Of a stretch of 30,167 nucleotides of DNA, positions 25,075-30,167 are shown in pieces. Position 1 is the stretch's first letter. Every line of letters begins with the position of its first letter. The stretch is from IMG/VR virus record IMGVR_UViG_3300007539_000123, positions 1 through 30,167 of that record. One strand, given 5' to 3'. The notes beneath the pieces are model-generated. The model searched no databases and was not told the origin of the DNA. It worked only from the letters and a program-made list of their open reading frames with translations. The position numbers were made by a program, and so were the translations under genes. The DNA is from a virus. Lineage: Duplodnaviria > Caudoviricetes.

Positions 25075-25302
25075 ATGTCTTACATCAGAAGCAGTATATC
25101 TATGGACTGCGATAAAGTCATATCACACGGAACAGTAGATGATAATGACCTATTCATAGAGTTTCAGTACAAGGGAGCAGTTATTCATAGGGTTCATATA
25201 TTCCCTGATGATGATCGAAGTTTTGTTTCATCAGTGATTAACTTACAAAAAGAAAATGCAATAGTGGAGTCACAAAATGCAGAAAGAAATACTGTTAAGT
25301 GA
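25075..25302 (+). CDS. Hypothetical protein
   Basis: 75 aa, RBS GGAGGA, abuts the upstream stop. Confidence 0.65.
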   Translation: MSYIRSSISMDCDKVISHGTVDDNDLFIEFQYKGAVIHRVHIFPDDDRSFVSSVINLQKENAIVESQNAERNTVK

Positions 25303-26881
25303 GCTTAAACACTCACCCAACAATGTACGGCAAGTAAAGTCTAGCGATGCTAGTATCGACCAGCTTGCCGCCTCAATCAAATCAAAGGGATTGCTTCACA
25401 ACCTTGTTGTTGTCAAAAACGGCAAAGGTTACAATGTTATTGATGGCAACCGCAGATTGGAAGCTCTCAACAAGCTTTACAATTCAAAATCTGTACCAGT
25501 CAATTGCATTGTCATTGAATCAGAAGACAATGAAGTTGGTCTTCATGCTAACATGATGCGTGAAAACATGCACCCACTTGACGAATGCGATGCAATCAAC
25601 GCTCTTGTCATGGATGGGAGTGAGGATTACGACTCAGTTGCCGCTAGATTCGGTCAAACCCAAAAATGGGTACATCAGCGTGTAATGCTCTCTGAGCTGT
25701 CTGACAAAGCCAAAGGTCTGTTTAGAGCTAATGAGTTTGGGATAGGCGTAGCGCAAGCTTTAACGCTTGGCAATCATGCAAAACAAGACGAATACTTTGA
25801 TACCTTTGACCATTACAATACAGATAGCATACGCAGGTTTATGACTGAGAAAAAACTGCCTCTGTCTGCCGCATTGTTTGAGATTACAGACGATGCAAGA
25901 AAGGAACTAGCCATTGAGTCTGATTTGTTTAGCGATAACGAATACATCACTGACTTACAGGCATTTGATGTATGGCAAAAGACTTTCATACACAACAGAA
26001 TAGATGAGCTAAAGAAGAAATACTTTGATGTAATCTATTTGGTAGATGAGTATTCATATGCTTCTCACGAAACAAGAGGCTTAACACGCATATACAGTTT
26101 CGATGAGAAAGAACGTGATACCGCTGACGTTGTTTGTGTTCTTGTTTACAACTCATATCAACACGCATTGACAGAAGAATACATGCTTCCATCGGAAACA
26201 GTCGAAGCTGAGAAAGCTGAAGACTCAGAAGAAGAGGAAGTAGAAGTCAACCCAATGGTAATGTCTAAGCCTCAAGAACATCTGCTCAAATCATACCATG
26301 CTGAGTATGTCAGAAATGATATATGGAAATGGGTTCATGCAGAAGATACAACAAGGTTCTTCAAGGCTCTTTTATGCCACAGGTCACTAGGTTACTCATA
26401 CTCTCTTACCAATCGTGTAGGTCACTTGTATGCAGAAAATCAAAATGTTTTTTCAAAGGACGATATTCCAGATGATTATATTACTCCACAATATGAAGCT
26501 CTTATTGATAAACATATTGATAGTGCTTCATCTGCTTTTGAAGACAACGGCACTACTCCCCTTAGCTATTGCCTCAGTCTCAACGATGAAGAACTCCATA
26601 AGTTCTTTATTGCATGTTGTATTACGGCTCTTTCGCCTAGTGACCTCCGTTCTAAAACCATCATGGACGTATCGCCGTTCAAGACTCCTGATAACGGATG
26701 GTTCAAACCAGACGCAAAATGGGTCAACAAATGGAAGGCGGAGCAACTAAGCCAGATGGAGGATTATTTGTTTGGCAAAGTGTCATCAGCTTCACGTTCA
26801 CAACGTGTCAATGCAATTGTCAAGGAACTAAAAGACAATCCTGTATTCGACCCATTTGGTTCTTGGCCTCAATACAAATAA
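25277..26881 (+). CDS. Long ParB/RepB/Spo0J-family protein
   Basis: 534 aa. NVR...L..SI...GLLHNLVV, GxRR box (IDGNRRLEAL), N..RENMHPLDE, HTH (VAARFGQTQKWVHQR), and a long C-terminal extension ending WFKPDA.W.N. Confidence 0.9.
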   Translation: MQKEILLSELKHSPNNVRQVKSSDASIDQLAASIKSKGLLHNLVVVKNGKGYNVIDGNRRLEALNKLYNSKSVPVNCIVIESEDNEVGLHANMMRENMHPLDECDAINALVMDGSEDYDSVAARFGQTQKWVHQRVMLSELSDKAKGLFRANEFGIGVAQALTLGNHAKQDEYFDTFDHYNTDSIRRFMTEKKLPLSAALFEITDDARKELAIESDLFSDNEYITDLQAFDVWQKTFIHNRIDELKKKYFDVIYLVDEYSYASHETRGLTRIYSFDEKERDTADVVCVLVYNSYQHALTEEYMLPSETVEAEKAEDSEEEEVEVNPMVMSKPQEHLLKSYHAEYVRNDIWKWVHAEDTTRFFKALLCHRSLGYSYSLTNRVGHLYAENQNVFSKDDIPDDYITPQYEALIDKHIDSASSAFEDNGTTPLSYCLSLNDEELHKFFIACCITALSPSDLRSKTIMDVSPFKTPDNGWFKPDAKWVNKWKAEQLSQMEDYLFGKVSSASRSQRVNAIVKELKDNPVFDPFGSWPQYK

Positions 26882-26882
26882 G

Positions 26883-27332
26883 CTAGGCCTTATGTAAGCC
26901 CCAATAGGCTATCATGGCTGACTCAGCTACACCATCTTCGCACTTGAGTAACCAGCTATTTGCCGCTTGTGGCAGTAGTTCGGTTGCTCTGGCTCTCGCC
27001 TCATTCTTGTCTGAAGATACTTGTAGGTCTTTTTTCCACTTAACAGCAGATACTTCTGTATATCTAAGCCCAAGTGAAACAAAAGAGCCAATATAAATAC
27101 CATAGTTAAAGCCAGTTCTAAATGTAGAAACAACACCTTGCCTCGGCATAGAGTGCTGCTTTTCTATGTAAACCATATCTGGCTTGTATAATTCTAGTCT
27201 GTTAATTATTTTAACAAGGTCTAGGAACTTCTTGCCCTTGATTGAGAGGACAGGAATCCTTTCAGAAACTACATCGTTACCTTCAATAAAGGTTATTCCG
27301 CCTGTAAGTCCTGGATCAATTCCGCATATCAT
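26883..27332 (-). CDS. RuvC-like Holliday junction resolvase
   Basis: 149 aa. RNase H-fold acidic motifs ICGIDPG, VYIE, WKK and DGVAESAMIA. Confidence 0.85.
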   Translation of the reverse strand: MICGIDPGLTGGITFIEGNDVVSERIPVLSIKGKKFLDLVKIINRLELYKPDMVYIEKQHSMPRQGVVSTFRTGFNYGIYIGSFVSLGLRYTEVSAVKWKKDLQVSSDKNEARARATELLPQAANSWLLKCEDGVAESAMIAYWGLHKA

Positions 27333-27549
27333 CTTTTACAATCTCCAATTTTATCTCGCAACCTAATGCTTCAGCCCAACAATATGCATTAAACAATGTT
27401 GGCTTCCTGTTACCAATCTCCCATTTAGCACAGAGTCCATGACCGTTACCTATTTTATAGTCAACGTCTTTCTGTTGCAAACCGAGTTCGGTACGCCTTG
27501 CTTTAAATTGTTTGATTAAATTGGATGTAAAAAGCTTTTCACTCATCAT
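27316..27549 (-). CDS. XRE/Cro-type helix-turn-helix regulator (77 aa)
   Basis: Start moved to ATG 27549 (MMSEKLF...), RBS GGATAGG. Motif RRTELGLQQKDVDYKIG...CAKWEIGNRKPT...WAEALGC. Confidence 0.85.
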   Translation of the reverse strand: MMSEKLFTSNLIKQFKARRTELGLQQKDVDYKIGNGHGLCAKWEIGNRKPTLFNAYCWAEALGCEIKLEIVKDDMRN

Positions 27550-27598
27550 ATTACCTATCCATTTAAGCCAAATATATGGTAATGTGAATATTTGCACA
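27547..27598. promoter_or_regulatory. Divergent control region with inverted repeats
   Basis: CATATTACC (27547-27555) and GGTAATGTG (27578-27586) form an 8/9 inverted repeat; TGTGA-N6-GCACA at 27583-27598. Confidence 0.5.
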
Positions 27599-27613
27599 AG
27601 GGAGAACTGCAAA

Positions 27614-27823
27614 ATGGCATTGACAAGAAAGCATTTCCAATGGTTAGCCACAGAAATTGCGCCAATGGTAAGCAACAAAGAACTATTCATTAACAAGGTA
27701 AGGGAGATAAACGACAACCATAACTTCAATATATATCGGTTTCGTGATGCAGTAGAAGACGCTATCGCAGACCAACAATCTCAAGAATGCGGGCCTGACT
27801 TATATAAGCAGGCCGATTACTAA
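27614..27823 (+). CDS. Hypothetical protein (69 aa)
   Basis: Start moved to ATG 27614 (MALTRKHFQWLA...NHNFNIYRFRDA), RBS AAGGGAG. The TRKHF...N..F...RF..A pattern is common in small phage proteins. Confidence 0.75.
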   Translation: MALTRKHFQWLATEIAPMVSNKELFINKVREINDNHNFNIYRFRDAVEDAIADQQSQECGPDLYKQADY

Positions 27824-27833
27824 GGAGACTAAT

Positions 27834-27983
27834 ATGAATGAAAACAAAGTTCCTACTGATAAAGTAGATTTATACACATGGATTACATGCCCCAATGAAT
27901 GTGATTACAGTGATGTAAAAAATGGTGAATGCGAATGCTATAACCAAAAAACTGCTATATTGGAGGAGAAATCACCATGCTAA
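27834..27983 (+). CDS. Small Cys-rich protein (49 aa)
   Basis: Not in the ORF track. MNENKVPTDKVDLYTWITCPNECDYSDVKNGECECYNQKTAILEEKSPC. RBS TAAGGAG; overlaps the start of the exonuclease gene. Confidence 0.6.
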   Translation: MNENKVPTDKVDLYTWITCPNECDYSDVKNGECECYNQKTAILEEKSPC

Positions 27984-28843
27984 CAGAAGCACAAATCAAG
28001 GAACGAGCTACCTATATCGGCTCATCAGACGCAAAAGTAATTGCCTCTGGAGATATTGGAGAGTGGATGACACTATCCAGACGCAAGAAAGGTGAAGAGG
28101 AGTGGAAGCCAAGCAAACAGACACAACTGCTTATGGACACTGGCACTCACCTAGAACCATTTATCGTAGACCAATGGGCTAAACAAAATGACAGACAGGT
28201 TAATTTTCGTGGGGGTGGCAAAACTATCCTTATTAACGCTATCCCTATGCATTCTACCTTTGATGGTCGTGTTGTTGGGGATAATGCTCCTCTGGAAATT
28301 AAGGCTCATTTTCAGTTTAGGGACATGGACGAACTATGTGAACTATATGCGCCACAATGTCAGCATCACATGCTCGTGGCTGGTAGCGACAGGTGCTATC
28401 TTGTGGCTCTATTCGGCGTAAGATGCCGACTAGAATGGCGTATGATTAAAAAGGACGACAGCTGGTGCAAAATGTATCTAGAAGAATGCGTCAAGTTCTG
28501 GGATATGCATGAGAACAATAACTTTGACATAGAGCCAGAAGCCATGCCTCCAATAGATTACTCAGATATGTTCACAATGAATATGGAGGAACTAGATGGC
28601 TGGTCTGAAGAGGACGACCATCTGTTTGGCTTTCAAGCACAGCATATCATAGACGCCAAACAAGCCGTGACAATCGGTGATGAAGCCAAAGATATGTTTA
28701 AAGAGAAGCTTCCCAATAAATGTAGACGTATGGACTACGCTCTGAAAGGGAACCTCAAGGGCCACAAAATCCGTATCACACGGAGTAGGTCTGGAACTAT
28801 TACATGCACTCACATCAAACCAAAGGAGGGCAAAGATGCCTAG
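27977..28843 (+). CDS. YqaJ-like (lambda Exo-type) viral recombination exonuclease
   Basis: 288 aa. PD-(D/E)XK motifs R...IGSSD, G..LEP, STFDG, LEIK and QCQHHM. Confidence 0.9.
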   Translation: MLTEAQIKERATYIGSSDAKVIASGDIGEWMTLSRRKKGEEEWKPSKQTQLLMDTGTHLEPFIVDQWAKQNDRQVNFRGGGKTILINAIPMHSTFDGRVVGDNAPLEIKAHFQFRDMDELCELYAPQCQHHMLVAGSDRCYLVALFGVRCRLEWRMIKKDDSWCKMYLEECVKFWDMHENNNFDIEPEAMPPIDYSDMFTMNMEELDGWSEEDDHLFGFQAQHIIDAKQAVTIGDEAKDMFKEKLPNKCRRMDYALKGNLKGHKIRITRSRSGTITCTHIKPKEGKDA

Positions 28844-29060
28844 AGGAAGACCTAAAAAACAAGTAGCTGAAACAAAAAAGCTATTGGAAACATTAACGCT
28901 ACAGCAAATCGAATCAATCAAAGATACTGACCGCCTGCTTCTTTCGCTCTCTTTAACTTTCAAGGATTGCGAAGACATTGCGTATTCTCAGATAAGAGCT
29001 ATTGATAACGAAAGAGCAAATCTAAATTATCTATTCAAGGAAGTTATTCACAATAACTGA
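28836..29060 (+). CDS. Hypothetical protein with AT-hook-like N-terminus
   Basis: 74 aa beginning MPRGRPKK. RBS AAGGAGG. Confidence 0.7.
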   Translation: MPRGRPKKQVAETKKLLETLTLQQIESIKDTDRLLLSLSLTFKDCEDIAYSQIRAIDNERANLNYLFKEVIHNN

Positions 29061-29075
29061 TAACAGAGGAGAAAA

Positions 29076-29654
29076 ATGATGACAGATTCAGTATGGCAAA
29101 CACTATCACGCTTTGACGTATCAAAAGAAGTAGAACAGAAGGGTCGGTTCGACTACCTCTCATGGGCTTGGGCTTGGGCCTTTGTCAAAGAGAAGTACCC
29201 AACCGCAACCTTCGAGAAGCACATCTTCCGTGACAATCAGGACAACCCACTACCATTTATGCGTGACACCAAAGGTCATACATATGTAGCTGTTACTGTC
29301 ACAATAGAAGGCGTGTCTCACACAGAAATACATTACGTCATGGACCACAAGAACCAGTCCATCGCCCATCCTGACGGCGGTCAGGTCAACAAAGCTTTAC
29401 AGCGTTGCCTTGTCAAAGCTATCGCCTTTCATGGTCTTGGCCTCAATGTCTATGCTGGTGAAGACTTACCTATGGACCTTGACGAACAAGATGGTTCGCT
29501 TATCATTGATGACTTTGGTAAAGCCAAATCAATTGATGACATAGATGCTATGTGGCGCAAACACTCAAATGCCATTGGCACACTTGGTAAAGTTGCAAAG
29601 GGTCAGGTAACTGATGAGTTCAGGAAAGCGAAAAACAAACTCAAAGAAGCCTAA
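29076..29654 (+). CDS. Sak/DUF1071-type (Rad52-like) single-strand annealing protein
   Basis: 192 aa. Motifs YLSWAWAW, V.VTVTI, VMDHKN and NKALQRCLVKAIAFHGLGLNVYAGEDLP. Lies next to the exonuclease. Confidence 0.9.
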   Translation: MMTDSVWQTLSRFDVSKEVEQKGRFDYLSWAWAWAFVKEKYPTATFEKHIFRDNQDNPLPFMRDTKGHTYVAVTVTIEGVSHTEIHYVMDHKNQSIAHPDGGQVNKALQRCLVKAIAFHGLGLNVYAGEDLPMDLDEQDGSLIIDDFGKAKSIDDIDAMWRKHSNAIGTLGKVAKGQVTDEFRKAKNKLKEA

Positions 29655-29844
29655 ACTAACTGGCTTCTCTAGGTGCCGTGAATGTGGCAACATGCTTAAC
29701 AATGAAACTGGTAAGTATGTTATCACTGCGGCAAGGGATGTGTTCTGCGACTCATGCTATTACGGCAAGGGGTGGCAGAACCTCTCTAAGCCCTATGATA
29801 ATTACTCAGAAGGGCGTGAGACTAAGAAGATTAAATATAAATAA
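29614..29844 (+). CDS. Small zinc-finger protein
   Basis: 76 aa, basic, with CRECG...FCDSC motifs. Confidence 0.65.
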   Translation: MSSGKRKTNSKKPKLTGFSRCRECGNMLNNETGKYVITAARDVFCDSCYYGKGWQNLSKPYDNYSEGRETKKIKYK

Positions 29845-29937
29845 AGGGGGAAAAGTCATACCTAATCCCCCCCTATTCTTCCCATACAACCGCCGAGTCG
29901 GGCAGTCATGCTCAAAAGATAAAAGGGATTTGAAACT

Positions 29938-30167
29938 ATGTCAACAGAACCTACTAGAACAAAAAGCCCATCAAAAGCATGTGTTCGAGATGTTTATGTA
30001 GAAATTACTGTAGAAAAATGTTTAAGGGTTAAAGCTGTAACCGAAGAAGAAGCTGGTGCATTGGCTTTAGCTAGAGTTGAAAGAAACAACGATTACATAA
30101 CAAGACATAAATTAAAAATTGTGCAGACAGAGGTTGTAGATGTAGTAACATATGAAAAACGGGAAGA
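29938..30167 (+). CDS. Hypothetical protein (partial, runs off the right edge)
   Basis: Not in the ORF track. ATG 29938 after AAAAGGGA. Reads MSTEPTRTKSPSKACVRDVYVEITVEKCLRVKAVTEEEAGALALARVE... and stays open to the edge. Confidence 0.65.
   Translation, partial: MSTEPTRTKSPSKACVRDVYVEITVEKCLRVKAVTEEEAGALALARVERNNDYITRHKLKIVQTEVVDVVTYEKRE

Larger units (their letters stand above)
1..30167. mobile_element. Podovirus-type bacteriophage genome segment
   Basis: Complete packaging-head-tail module plus recombination and early genes. No host housekeeping genes and no att or integrase seen. Confidence 0.95.

Noticed and set aside
27512-27729. Long overlapping N-terminal extensions of the divergent ORFs 27316-27729 and 27512-27823
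   Set aside because: RBS-supported starts at 27549 (minus) and 27614 (plus) remove the overlap and leave a plausible control region.
29846-29880. GGGGGA...TCCCCC stem as a terminator
   Set aside because: Large 14-nt loop and a weak U-tract (TATTCTT); not strong enough to call.
28188-30001. Track ORFs 28188-28421, 28592-28978 and 29678-30001
   Set aside because: They overlap better-supported genes in other frames or strands and lack an RBS or motifs.
1-30167. Integrated prophage boundaries or alternative genetic code
   Set aside because: No host genes, integrase or att-like repeat is visible, and genes tile densely under the standard code with TAA, TAG and TGA all used as stops.

Overview
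This window is about 30 kb of a tailed dsDNA phage genome with podovirus-type (short-tail) morphogenesis genes. The gene set resembles marine alphaproteobacterial podophages; the host is an inference only. Positions 1-21230 are a single minus-strand late operon. In transcription order it encodes: small terminase, a Gly/Ser-rich protein, large terminase, two small proteins, portal, a cluster of small basic proteins, scaffold, major capsid protein, small capsid-region proteins, tail tubular proteins A and B, three internal virion proteins (the largest with an N-terminal pesticin-type muramidase), and a tail-fibre module running off the left edge. A ~670-nt non-coding region (21231-21899) separates this from a mostly plus-strand early/middle region. 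That region holds small unknown ORFs, SSB, a DUF3846-like protein, a long ParB-like protein, an inverted HTH + RuvC-like cassette, a YqaJ-type exonuclease and a Sak/DUF1071-type annealing protein. No integrase, DNA or RNA polymerase, reverse transcriptase, tRNA or CRISPR array was seen. The most striking unexplained signal is the extensive nested base-pairing of the 670-nt intergenic region, which also holds a perfect TTGACA/TATAAT promoter with a 19-bp spacer. Further structured intergenic elements lie upstream of ssb, the DUF3846-like gene and the capsid gene. All family assignments come from recognising motifs by eye; no searches or folding were run.
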